This document shows positions 40,675 to 50,314 of a stretch of DNA of 64,000 nt, in pieces. The position numbers and the translations under genes are program-made. The notes below the pieces were generated by a model. That model made no database searches, was not told where the DNA came from, and saw only the letters and a list, made by a program, of their open reading frames with translations. Origin of the DNA: an uncultured Ignavibacteria bacterium (GTDB lineage Bacteria > Zixibacteria > MSB-5A5 > WJJR01 > JAJRUJ01); contig CAYWVO010000012.1 of NCBI GenBank assembly GCA_964461835.1, positions 2,478-66,477 on the forward strand. Reading direction: 5' to 3'. Numbering within the stretch: the stretch's first letter is position 1; each line of letters begins with the position of its first letter.

Positions 40675-42019
40675 AGCACGGCCCCGCATCCTCATCGTCG
40701 ATGACGATCGTACGTTCGTCGACAACCTGAGCCAGATGATCGGCGAGGACTATGAATGCGAGAAACTGTATTCGGCGCTTCATTGCCGGGAACTCAATGA
40801 CTACGGGCAGTATGATGTCATCATGCTGGATATCCGCTTTCCGGAACCGATCTCGGGTCTCGACCTCTTGCGAGAAATCAAGATCAGCGATCCCTATGTA
40901 CCGGTGATTATGATCAGCGATACAGAATCCGCCCCGGTCGTGGTGGAGGCAATGAAGCGGGGAGCCAGCGATTACATCGGCAAGACCCCCGATCGTCAGC
41001 AACTCAAACTGACCATCACCAAAGCGATTCAGGAAGTACGCCGGAACGAAACATTGGGTCTGTTACGACAGGAGATTGATTCCCGAGTCGGTCAATTGGT
41101 CGGCAACAGTGAGGCATTACAGCGAATCCGTCGGCAGATTGACAAAGTGTCTTGCAGTACCAGCCCGGTGCTTCTTCTGGGAGAGAGCGGTACCGGCAAG
41201 GAATTGGTGGCCCGGGCAATCCATCGGCGGAGTGCTCAACGGAACCATCCCTTCATCGCAGTAAATTGCGCCGCCATTCCCGAGGGTCTGCTGGAAAGTG
41301 AACTCTTCGGACACGAGAAAGGTGCATTTACCGATGCCCGCCGGCAGAAAAAAGGCCAGTTCGAGCTGGCAGGCGAAGGGACCATCTTCCTGGACGAAAT
41401 CGCCGACATCGCACTGCCGCATCAGGCCAAACTGCTGCGCGTTTTACAAGAGCGAGAATTCCGCCGGGTAGGCGGCGAAATGGACATTCAGCTGTCCTGC
41501 CGGGTGATCGCCGCAACTAATAAAACTCTCATGCGGGAAATCGAGGCAGGCCGGTTTCGCGATGATTTGTATTGGCGGTTGGCAGTAGTAAAAATCCAGG
41601 TACCGCCTCTTCGCGAAAGGAAGGCCGATATCCCTTTATTGACGAAACACTTTATCCAACGGAAAGCCTCTGAACAAAAAAAGCGAGTCATGGGTGTGGA
41701 TCGGGAAACGCTGGAAGCCATGGTTGCCTATTCCTGGCCGGGGAATATTCGCGAATTGGAAAACTGTATCGAATGTGCCATTGTCCACGCCGAAGGAGAA
41801 ATCCTCACCAGGGAACTATTCCCGCAACTGTCCCCCGGCGAGCGGGCCGCCATTCCCAGTTACGGTGTCGAGAAGGAACGCGCGTTACATCGATTTCAAC
41901 GTGATTATATCAAAACCATGCTGAGTTTGACCAACAACAACATCACTCAGGCAGCAACAAAGATGGGGGTGACTCGGCAAGGCTTATTGAAGATGATGAA
42001 AGAAATCGGCTTGCGGTGA
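40667..42019 (+). CDS. sigma-54-dependent response regulator (NtrC family: REC plus AAA+ sigma54-interaction plus HTH)
   Basis: ILIVDDD...MLDIRFP (receiver), LLGESGTGKELVARAIH...ESELFGHEKGAFTDA, and a GAFTGA-equivalent loop. Overlaps the kinase gene by 8 nt. Confidence 0.85.
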   Translation: MVKARPRILIVDDDRTFVDNLSQMIGEDYECEKLYSALHCRELNDYGQYDVIMLDIRFPEPISGLDLLREIKISDPYVPVIMISDTESAPVVVEAMKRGASDYIGKTPDRQQLKLTITKAIQEVRRNETLGLLRQEIDSRVGQLVGNSEALQRIRRQIDKVSCSTSPVLLLGESGTGKELVARAIHRRSAQRNHPFIAVNCAAIPEGLLESELFGHEKGAFTDARRQKKGQFELAGEGTIFLDEIADIALPHQAKLLRVLQEREFRRVGGEMDIQLSCRVIAATNKTLMREIEAGRFRDDLYWRLAVVKIQVPPLRERKADIPLLTKHFIQRKASEQKKRVMGVDRETLEAMVAYSWPGNIRELENCIECAIVHAEGEILTRELFPQLSPGERAAIPSYGVEKERALHRFQRDYIKTMLSLTNNNITQAATKMGVTRQGLLKMMKEIGLR

Positions 42020-42251
42020 TGGAAACTCCGGTTGACACCCCTGTTTTCGCCATTACAACAACTTACCGCAATTCACCTTCCTCACCGTTAACTGCAGTTT
42101 CCGACCTGCCAAAAACCCCGGGGGTTCGTCTCGGCGAACCTTCCCCATAACCTGCTGTCATTGCACTGCTTAGCCAGCTCTCCCCGCAGTTGGCATGGGG
42201 GTTGATATAACGTTCGCCAAATGAACAGATCTTGAACAAAAAGGAAGGAGC

Positions 42252-42539
42252 GTGATCATGGGTGATTTTCTGGCCTTTCGCCGGATGATAACCCCCTTCA
42301 TCATCCAGGCAATCTTCTGGATCGGGGTAGCGTTTAGTTTCATCGGCGGCATTGTCATCATTGTTCTTGCAGCAACCCAGAATTACATCGCGGTTGGTTT
42401 GCTGGTTGGTTTCGGCATGATGATCATTGGGCCGTTTGTGGCCCGAATTCAATGCGAGCTGCTCATTTTGTCGTTTCGCATTCACGATAATCTCGTGGAC
42501 ATCAACAGGAAAACCAAAGCGCAGGAAACTAATGCCTGA
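42252..42539 (+). CDS. small two-helix integral membrane protein (DUF4282-like)
   Basis: 95 aa: FIIQAIFWIGVAFSFIGGIVIIVLAA...AVGLLVGFGMMIIGPFVARIQ. First ORF after the two-component pair. Confidence 0.45.
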   Translation: MIMGDFLAFRRMITPFIIQAIFWIGVAFSFIGGIVIIVLAATQNYIAVGLLVGFGMMIIGPFVARIQCELLILSFRIHDNLVDINRKTKAQETNA

Positions 42540-42625
42540 TCATGGGATGTCCCAGCGGCATCGGGACGGACACAGGGGTTACTGCCAAATAAGAGGATGC
42601 ACCCAACCTTCATCGGAGGAAACAA

Positions 42626-44281
42626 ATGATTCGCATGATTGCTCTTTCAATCGGACTGACCATCGCTGTGATTTTCAACCTTACTGGCCGGGCGGGCGCC
42701 GAAGAATACGTACGCAAGGCGGTGACGGCGGTTGAGACGGTCGTCCTGACGTCTCCCAAAGTGAAACTCAATGCTCAACAAGACAGCCTGCTGCGTGAGG
42801 CCTTCAGTCGCTTCATCATGAAGGAATGCTATGATGAAGTACCGTTGCGCGCCAAAGACCAGGCCCAGATCCGGGCCCGTCTGGCCAACGAGGTCGTGAC
42901 GGTCGATGGTGGCGACGGGCAGCTCACTTCCATCATTAATGAATTGGTCGCACCTGCACTGGTCAAGGTTATGGAGGCGACGCTTAAGTGGCGCACGGAA
43001 AAAGACAATCCTCACTTCGACGAAGATACCTTCATTAGACTGAAAGCCAAGGACCTGGGCATCACGGTCGAGGATTTCGAACGGATGATGAAGTGCGGAT
43101 ACCTGTATGTACCCTTCCTGTCTGAGTTGAAAAGCTCAGGGTCCGGGAAGGACGCCAATTTTACTCTTAAAGGCGGTACGGTCTGGTACTATCTGGATAT
43201 CGATGCTAAACCAGACCCGGTCCTGGTATACCGAGCGAAGGTGAGTTCCACAGGCATGACTGGACTTTGGTCAAACTTCCTCAAAGATAAAAAACTCACG
43301 CCGGAGTCGGAAGCATTCTGCAGCGCAGCAAAACGACTGGCGGAGAATGTTTACGTAAAAAGCACCACGAAAATTCCTGATATCCGTCGAGCTTGCACTA
43401 TCACCGAAATCGTGGAAAACTCCCCCGGCTTCCGTTTAGGATTTCGAGAAGGTCTCATTCTTGACGATCGGTATGCCGTCATTGACCGTTATGAAGACCA
43501 GTCAGGGAACGAACACGAGAAACGTATCGGCTTTTTCATGGTGAAGCGCGTGACGGATAATCGAGATGATCGCACTAAACTTAGTTGGGGTAGACCAGTC
43601 ATCGGCAGCGGCAATATGGCAGAGGGCATGATGGTGCGGGAGATTCCTAAAACTGCGATCGATCTTTCGATCCGCACTACCTGGCGTCCGCTCGCGTTTG
43701 ACTCGCTGCGGGTTTCCAATCTCGGAACGACCTACTTCAGTCTGGAGGATACCACTTCCACGGGAGTCTTCACCATCGACGTCGATCTGCAAATGAATAT
43801 CGGGCGCAAGCTGGGGATATCACAGTTTTTCCTTGACCTCGGTGCCGGCTACGGGTACGCACCGGTAAAACTGAACCTGTTTGATAACACCGAAATCAAC
43901 CACGGCACATCCCTCGCCGTGCACGGAGGTCTGATGAAACGGATATACCTGGGACGCTCGGCCTTTGTGATCGGCGGGGATTTTGTTTTCGAGCGTCTCT
44001 CATTTAAGGAGAAAGTGAACAACACGGAATATATGCTCTATCGTGATTTCATCAGCGGCATCTTCCGTGCCGGATTCGATTATGCGCTCAGTTCGTCGCT
44101 TAATATCGGATTACGCGGCGGTTACACGATCGCTGAGAAAAGCGCTGACTGGAAGCTGAAAATAAACGACGAAAAGCCTGCATGGTACGAAGGCCAGGGC
44201 GTGGCGATTGACCATGACGGTCCCTACGCTTCGTTGGTCTTCAGTTATGCGCTACCGTCACTGTTCTGGTCACCCTTTTAG
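42626..44281 (+). CDS. secreted protein with periplasmic N-domain and C-terminal outer-membrane beta-barrel-like domain (terminal ...WSPF)
   Basis: Signal peptide MIRMIALSIGLTIAVIFNLTGRAGA. The C-terminal third shows an alternating hydrophobic pattern (GYAPVKLNLF, LAVHGGLMKRIYLG, FVIGGDFVFERLSF, ASLVFSYAL) and a terminal aromatic. Confidence 0.5.
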   Translation: MIRMIALSIGLTIAVIFNLTGRAGAEEYVRKAVTAVETVVLTSPKVKLNAQQDSLLREAFSRFIMKECYDEVPLRAKDQAQIRARLANEVVTVDGGDGQLTSIINELVAPALVKVMEATLKWRTEKDNPHFDEDTFIRLKAKDLGITVEDFERMMKCGYLYVPFLSELKSSGSGKDANFTLKGGTVWYYLDIDAKPDPVLVYRAKVSSTGMTGLWSNFLKDKKLTPESEAFCSAAKRLAENVYVKSTTKIPDIRRACTITEIVENSPGFRLGFREGLILDDRYAVIDRYEDQSGNEHEKRIGFFMVKRVTDNRDDRTKLSWGRPVIGSGNMAEGMMVREIPKTAIDLSIRTTWRPLAFDSLRVSNLGTTYFSLEDTTSTGVFTIDVDLQMNIGRKLGISQFFLDLGAGYGYAPVKLNLFDNTEINHGTSLAVHGGLMKRIYLGRSAFVIGGDFVFERLSFKEKVNNTEYMLYRDFISGIFRAGFDYALSSSLNIGLRGGYTIAEKSADWKLKINDEKPAWYEGQGVAIDHDGPYASLVFSYALPSLFWSPF

Positions 44282-44329
44282 TAGGCTGACCGTGACGATG
44301 CAATCGCTGAAGAATGCGCACAAGGAGAA

Positions 44330-45616
44330 GTGACCATGAGATTTTCAACACGATCCATCCTGCTGATACCGGTCATGCTGATTGGCCTGCCGCACGGCAC
44401 GGCGCTGGCGGATGACTGTACACCGCCGGTTTCCAAAGAAGTGAGTTACTTTGCGCCGAGCCCGGAAGTTGCGTCGGCAGTGGTGCTCAAAGTGTGGGGT
44501 ATCGGGGATGGCGGAAATGACCGGGAACGAAACAACAACGGGATTATTGACGCAAAAAAAGCTGCCTGCTGGCATGTCCTCTTTGCCGAACCCGACAATT
44601 TGCTGCGCACGCGTGACATGCGCCTGGCCTTCGAACCGTTGGCCGAATCATTCTGGTGCCTGGACACAATATCCAACTTCATCACTTCCGTGTCCCCCAT
44701 CCGCAAGTCGGTGCAGCATGGCCCGAAAGGAAAACAACGTAAGGTGCTGGTTGAGGCCGGTGTTAACATTGAGACGATCTCCACGTGGCTGGCCGATCAC
44801 AATATTGCCGTCACCCTGCAAACGCGCTATACCATCATGGTTCTGCCGTGGGTCCCGCGCGGTGAAAATCCGCTGGCCGAGCTGGAAGCAGACCCCAAGT
44901 TGCGCTCCGCGGCGAATGTTATCCAGCAGCATTTTCCGCCACACCGATACGAGGTAAAGAATCCCTCTGGAGAATTACGCCTCCAAGAAGTTATTAAAGC
45001 CACGGACCTGGTGGAGGACAACCCGGACGATTATCACTACCGGATTGCGCTTTCTCAGGGTGCGGATATTTACCTCACTTATGAGATTACAATCAACCCC
45101 CTGGAAGTCCACGGTCAGAAATTGCATCAAGCAGAAATGCGACTTGAGGCGTACGAAACCGCCACTGCCAAAATGTTGGGCACGCAAACCGGGTACAGTG
45201 ACCAACGTGCGAAAAGCGCCTCCGAACAAATGCTGATTGAAGAGGCCTTCGCCAAAGCTACGCACGCGCTCAAGGCCGGGATGCAGGAGTACTGGTTCGA
45301 CTGTCTCACACGAGGTACTCCCTTCCGCGTGGTTGTCAAACTCCCCGAAGACCTCGACCGGAGGGGATTTCGTGAGATCCAACGATGCTATGCCGGCGGA
45401 ATCGAATCGCTGTTTACAGATCACCGAGAAACGGCAACCACCCGTAGTGTGATGGATTTTATGATCTGGGCAAATCCGGAACAGTTTGCCAACCTGCGAA
45501 ACCTCGAAGACAAGATTTTGGATTGGATGGACGGCGAGTGCGCGGCGTGGACACTCGACATCCCCTACAGTATGGTCGGCAAGTTCTATCAGGGTGCAAT
45601 CGTTGCCAATGATTGA
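44330..45616 (+). CDS. secreted hypothetical protein
   Basis: Signal peptide MRFSTRSILLIPVMLIGLPHGTALA. 428 aa with no recognisable catalytic motif. Confidence 0.45.
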   Translation: MTMRFSTRSILLIPVMLIGLPHGTALADDCTPPVSKEVSYFAPSPEVASAVVLKVWGIGDGGNDRERNNNGIIDAKKAACWHVLFAEPDNLLRTRDMRLAFEPLAESFWCLDTISNFITSVSPIRKSVQHGPKGKQRKVLVEAGVNIETISTWLADHNIAVTLQTRYTIMVLPWVPRGENPLAELEADPKLRSAANVIQQHFPPHRYEVKNPSGELRLQEVIKATDLVEDNPDDYHYRIALSQGADIYLTYEITINPLEVHGQKLHQAEMRLEAYETATAKMLGTQTGYSDQRAKSASEQMLIEEAFAKATHALKAGMQEYWFDCLTRGTPFRVVVKLPEDLDRRGFREIQRCYAGGIESLFTDHRETATTRSVMDFMIWANPEQFANLRNLEDKILDWMDGECAAWTLDIPYSMVGKFYQGAIVAND

Positions 45617-45674
45617 TTTGACGACAGTGGGGGAATTGGCACTCAGCCTGGCAAAGGGCACATGAGATACGCAA

Positions 45675-46640
45675 ATGGTCTCAACATTTCCGGACAGCAA
45701 ACGGCAAGCAGTATCGAAGCGGTTTTTCTATCGCGTCGCTTGGTTCTCGCTGGTCGCGATGATTTCCGGCATTCCCTCATTGGCTCAGGCGGATCTCCCC
45801 TCGGACCAAGACCGGGCAGCTGCGTACACGCAGTCGTACGTCATCCTGCCGGCACAGGAGCGCGATCCACTCGCTGCACTCGACACCAACCAGGACCTCC
45901 GCGAGTGTGCGCAGGCACTCAATGAATTATTCTTGGAACGGGGGTTATACGTAATCGATCCGCGTGCCGGCTTCATGCTGGATGAACGTCTGCGGGCGAC
46001 GGGTATAATCGCCGAAAGAAGGTTGGCCGAAACAGAGGAGATATTCGCCTCGCGGTTGTTGGCCGATGTTGAAGTTCGCTTTTCCCTGAAGGAGGTACGT
46101 CGGGGAATACCCGCAAGTACCGGCCTAACCATCCAGGTAGATATTCAATGTCTCTCTCAGGACGGCCGCTTGATTACCGCGGATGCACTCGCCGGCGCCG
46201 GAGGCAGTAAGAGCAACAAATCGGTGACCATTCGTGCAGCCGCATATGCCGCCGGCCGTCGTTTGCTGAGCCGTTTGGCAGTGGCTGAAACAAGCACCGG
46301 ATCGCGACCGCTCACCTTGCGCGTAATTGTCCAGTTCTCAACTAAGGCAACAGATCGTCACCATGCCTGTCCGCGGCGAGCGCTGCTGGATGCGATGCAT
46401 GAAACCGCAGACCTGGTAAAAGAGAATATCATCACCGCCAAGACCATTGACTGTTGGATTTTCCTGAAAGAGAAGGAAAAAGACGGCGAGCATTGGTTGG
46501 CGAAAGTGATCGAGACCTTTGCCGAACGCTGTGATCAACCTGTGAAAGAAGTCCTTATGAAAGATAATCTCATCCTATTGAAAGTGATTGAGCCACAACC
46601 GAAGGGGATATCCCCGCCAACTAAGGAGGAAGAGAAATGA
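45675..46640 (+). CDS. secreted hypothetical protein (LPP20/CsgG-like periplasmic fold suspected, unproven)
   Basis: N-terminal hydrophobic segment ...FFYRVAWFSLVAMISGIPSLAQA. The Ala/Gly-rich segment ADALAGAGGSKSNKSVTIRAAAYAAGRRLLSRLA is reminiscent of LPP20-type lipoproteins. Confidence 0.4.
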   Translation: MVSTFPDSKRQAVSKRFFYRVAWFSLVAMISGIPSLAQADLPSDQDRAAAYTQSYVILPAQERDPLAALDTNQDLRECAQALNELFLERGLYVIDPRAGFMLDERLRATGIIAERRLAETEEIFASRLLADVEVRFSLKEVRRGIPASTGLTIQVDIQCLSQDGRLITADALAGAGGSKSNKSVTIRAAAYAAGRRLLSRLAVAETSTGSRPLTLRVIVQFSTKATDRHHACPRRALLDAMHETADLVKENIITAKTIDCWIFLKEKEKDGEHWLAKVIETFAERCDQPVKEVLMKDNLILLKVIEPQPKGISPPTKEEEK

Positions 46641-47962
46641 AACATATCTTCATCGCTGTTTTGTTACTTGCGCTGACGTGGTCGCCGGCGAGCGCCGATC
46701 GCTGGAATTCCATGCGGGTCAGCATCGAAGTCTCCGGTGTTAACGACGAACCCGCACCTGCGGTAGCAAAACGTCTGGCACGGGCGATGGATAAAATCGA
46801 TGTCATCGTTGAGGAAGGGTCAAGCCTGGTCTTACAGGGTGAGTTGGCAATCGAGCGTGAGCAAGAAATTCCCGGCGGATTCTCAGGATCCCAGTTTCTG
46901 GTTAATAACCGGCTCGATCTGGCCATCGTTGATCGCGAAACCGGCAACCGACTGGCTACCGCAGTTTTCTATGCAAAGGGCATGGACAACGACCGTGCGC
47001 GCGCTATCCGAGCCTCGTATCGGAAATTCACGTTTCCCAAGGACGAATTAGCCACATTCTACGACCGCGCTCAGCAACGGTTGATCAAGGTCATGGAAGA
47101 AGCCAACGCCTCCCTCCTGGAGGAGGGTGAGGCACTGTACGGCAGAAAGAAACGCGATCAAGCACTGAACGTGCTGGCCTCGATTGATAAATCTTCCGCC
47201 AGTTATCCCGCGGCCCGGTCACTTATCGACAAAATCAAAGAAGAACAGTGGGTGATTTGGCAGGACTCTCTCGAACATGAGCGAAAGATGATGGAAGAAA
47301 CGACCAGGCAGGATTCCATTCGCGTTGATTCTCTTCGCCAGGAAAAGGAGAAGGCGTTAGCGGAGGCGCAAAAGGTGTCTGATTCCCTCGCAATCGTCAA
47401 GGCGGTGGGAGACAGCATCAAAGCCTCATTAGAAATCGAACGTTCGGAAACTGAACACCAGCGACTCCAGGTGGCATTGAAACAGGCGGAAGCGAAAGCA
47501 GAAAGCCTGCGCATTATTCGCAACCTTGTCGAGCAGCAATCCAATCAGATAATCCGGGAGCAGAAGAAGGCCGAGCAGGAGCGCAAGAAAAACCGCGACA
47601 CCATCTCTTCTCTGACCGACCTCATTACCGGAGGCGTGGCCAAATTGTCCGACTCCATGGCCCGGTTTCTAGGTCGGAAGAATATCGAACTTCCAGAAGA
47701 ATTGGTTGGTCAATGGCAGTCCAGTGATTGCAGCATCGATATCCGTAGCAACGGCGATTTCACGATGAATACGCCATCTGAACCCAAATATATTCACGGG
47801 TACGTGGCTGTGGTGAAGGATGGTATCATGGTTTTGTGTGCGGAGAATCAGGATATCGACGAAAAAAACAAAAACTGGCAGGTTCGTTATAAAATTGAGC
47901 GGTCGGGTTCGCTTGTGATTGCGGCCGCCAGCGGATTCGTGCGACATTTCGTGCGGGGGTAA
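46637..47962 (+). CDS. secreted coiled-coil protein
   Basis: Signal peptide MKHIFIAVLLLALTWSPASA. Central ~170 aa are heptad-rich (EEQWVIWQDSLEHERKMMEETTRQDS...LRIIRNLVEQQSNQIIREQKKAEQERKK). 4-nt overlap with the upstream gene. Confidence 0.45.
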   Translation: MKHIFIAVLLLALTWSPASADRWNSMRVSIEVSGVNDEPAPAVAKRLARAMDKIDVIVEEGSSLVLQGELAIEREQEIPGGFSGSQFLVNNRLDLAIVDRETGNRLATAVFYAKGMDNDRARAIRASYRKFTFPKDELATFYDRAQQRLIKVMEEANASLLEEGEALYGRKKRDQALNVLASIDKSSASYPAARSLIDKIKEEQWVIWQDSLEHERKMMEETTRQDSIRVDSLRQEKEKALAEAQKVSDSLAIVKAVGDSIKASLEIERSETEHQRLQVALKQAEAKAESLRIIRNLVEQQSNQIIREQKKAEQERKKNRDTISSLTDLITGGVAKLSDSMARFLGRKNIELPEELVGQWQSSDCSIDIRSNGDFTMNTPSEPKYIHGYVAVVKDGIMVLCAENQDIDEKNKNWQVRYKIERSGSLVIAAASGFVRHFVRG

Positions 47963-47997
47963 CGCAGCATAGAGCCTGAAATCAACAGGAGTGATCA

Positions 47998-48645
47998 ATG
48001 ACGAAAGGTCCTAAACATTCAGACGATACCCCGTCCCCCTCTGCAACAGAGCAACCAGATGCAGTCAGGTCCGAGTCTGCTGAACCGCAAGACACCACCT
48101 CTGATGGGAACGGAGTAACAGCCGGAGATTTGCTCGCAGCGATTCATGCCTTGGATCAGCGGCTCTCCGAACACCTGGCGGCGACCGCGCGGTGCAATCA
48201 GACTGCGTTTGATCGTCTCTACGAGGAAATGGAACAGTACAAAAACAATTTCCTGCTGGAGATTCAACGGGGACTGCTAATCGATATTATGTTGTTGTAT
48301 GACGGAGTGCACAAGTGCCTCATGCATTACCATCAGACAGATTCAATCGATCGCAATGCGCTTGTAGGAAATCTCGAAGGATTGCTGGTCGAAACCGAAG
48401 AAATCCTGGCTCGCCGGGATATCCTGCCTATGACCGAACCGCACGCAAAACTGGATCGCACAACCCAAAAGGCGGTCAAGTCTATTCACACGACCGATCC
48501 CGGCGAAGACCTGACAATTGTGGATAAAATGCGAACGGGTTTTCTCATCGGTAAACGCGTGTTCCGGCGGGAAGAGGTAGTCATCAAGAAATATATCCCG
48601 GATGAAGGTTCGGGTTCTCTCAAAATCAGTAACGAGGATGAGTGA
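47998..48645 (+). CDS. GrpE-like nucleotide-exchange factor (divergent)
   Basis: A low-complexity acidic N-terminus is followed by a helical region and a C-terminal beta-domain (LTIVDKMRTGFLIGKRVFRREEVVIKKY) resembling GrpE's 'GY..G.R.LRPA.V.V' tail. Confidence 0.5.
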   Translation: MTKGPKHSDDTPSPSATEQPDAVRSESAEPQDTTSDGNGVTAGDLLAAIHALDQRLSEHLAATARCNQTAFDRLYEEMEQYKNNFLLEIQRGLLIDIMLLYDGVHKCLMHYHQTDSIDRNALVGNLEGLLVETEEILARRDILPMTEPHAKLDRTTQKAVKSIHTTDPGEDLTIVDKMRTGFLIGKRVFRREEVVIKKYIPDEGSGSLKISNEDE

Positions 48646-48700
48646 ATGCCAAATTGTCAAGTTGCTGAGGTAATCTCATAGGTCAACGAGGAGGAAAAAC

Positions 48701-50260
48701 ATGAACAATACCGCTGGTAACAAAATTGTTGGGATTGACCTGGGAACGACGTTCTCGGCGATTTCCCATATCAATGAACACGGAAAACCGGAAACCATTC
48801 TCAACAACGATGGCACTCCCACGACACCATCCGCAGTTTTATTCGAGAGTGCCGACAATATTGTTGTCGGCCAATTGGCGCGCGACAGTGCGGTGAGTTC
48901 TCCCCACAATGTGGTCACACTCGTCAAACGGGAAATGGGCCGCGATACGAAATTCGACCCTGCCGACCAGGAATTTACCCCGGAAGAAATCTCAGCGATG
49001 ATTCTGCGCAAACTCAAACAAGATGCAGAGAGCAGACTGGGCATGCCAATCACCCAGGCGGTGATCACGGTGCCGGCGTATTTCGGAACCGCAGAACGTA
49101 AGGCGACCGAGGACGCCGGTGAGATGGCGGGGCTTACGGTCGCGCATATCCTTAACGAACCGACTGCCGCCGCACTGGCATTTGGTTTGGCCAACCCTGA
49201 CCGTGAGCAGACGTTGCTCGTGTATGACCTCGGCGGCGGCACCTTCGACATCACCCTGTTGAAAATTCGTCCGCCGGCAAACGGCTCGTTGCCGGACGTG
49301 GAGATGATCTCCACCGGTGGTAATCATGATTTGGGTGGCGTCAACTGGGACGAGCGAATCATCGACTACGTTGCCGAGCAGTTCGCCGAACAACACGGAT
49401 CCGACCCGCGGGACAATCTGGCCAGCAAACAGGATTTGTACATTCGCTGCGAAAAGGCGAAGATTGCCCTGGCTAAGGTGGCTAAGACGCGCATTGCCTG
49501 CCAACACGATGGTCAAACCGTGGTGGTCGAATTGGATCGCGGCAAACTTGATGAATTGACCGCCGATTTACTCCAACTCACTGTCGACGAGATGGATCAG
49601 CTGTTGGCCGATAAGGGCGTTGCTCCAGAGAGTGTCGACCAGGTAATCTGCGCCGGCGGATCAACACGGCTGTTAACCGTACGCGAAATGCTTCAACGGC
49701 GATTCCCCGGCAAGGTCAACACCGCCATTGACCCGGATCAGTGTGTGGCGCAGGGAGCTGCGTGGATGGGACATCTCATTGCGGCGACAAAGGATGGAAG
49801 TGGCGAAACGATAACGGTCACCGACGTTGCTCCGCATGCCTTGGGGGTTGCGGCGCTTAATGAAGCGAAAGAACTGCGTATCTATCCCCTTATCCCCAAA
49901 GACACTCAGTTGCCTTGTGGAAGTAAAGACACTTTCTACACCTCAGATGGCAATCAAACCGGGGTGGAAATTAAGGTCTATGAAAACGAGGTGCGTTCCA
50001 AACAGGAGGTCACCGACCTCTCAGCCGGACAGATGATCGGCGAGGCAATTTACTTATCCGGTCTCCCCGGTGGCCGCCCTCCCGGTCAGCCTATCGAAGT
50101 GACGTTCAGTTTTGATGCCAGTTTCCGGCTGGGAGTAACCGCAGTCGATGTGAACACCGGCACGACAATTAATGCCGAATTCGTGCTGGGCTCCAGACTT
50201 GACACTGTGCAAAAGGAAAATACGGCCAAAATGTTGGCAGATACAGAAATTCAAAGTTGA
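48701..50260 (+). CDS. Hsp70-family ATPase with nucleotide-binding domain and beta-sandwich substrate domain but no alpha-helical lid (HscC-like, non-canonical)
   Basis: IVGIDLGTTFSAISHI (phosphate-1), AVITVPAYFGTAERKATEDAG, LLVYDLGGGTFDITLL, VICAGGSTRLLTVREML. 519 aa versus ~640 for DnaK. The canonical GIDLGTTNSCVAV/DnaK lid is absent. Confidence 0.8.
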   Translation: MNNTAGNKIVGIDLGTTFSAISHINEHGKPETILNNDGTPTTPSAVLFESADNIVVGQLARDSAVSSPHNVVTLVKREMGRDTKFDPADQEFTPEEISAMILRKLKQDAESRLGMPITQAVITVPAYFGTAERKATEDAGEMAGLTVAHILNEPTAAALAFGLANPDREQTLLVYDLGGGTFDITLLKIRPPANGSLPDVEMISTGGNHDLGGVNWDERIIDYVAEQFAEQHGSDPRDNLASKQDLYIRCEKAKIALAKVAKTRIACQHDGQTVVVELDRGKLDELTADLLQLTVDEMDQLLADKGVAPESVDQVICAGGSTRLLTVREMLQRRFPGKVNTAIDPDQCVAQGAAWMGHLIAATKDGSGETITVTDVAPHALGVAALNEAKELRIYPLIPKDTQLPCGSKDTFYTSDGNQTGVEIKVYENEVRSKQEVTDLSAGQMIGEAIYLSGLPGGRPPGQPIEVTFSFDASFRLGVTAVDVNTGTTINAEFVLGSRLDTVQKENTAKMLADTEIQS

Positions 50261-50314
50261 TCGCTGAGGGTTGAGCTCGCGAAGGCGTACCCGCCAGGGG
50301 AGGATTATACAAAG

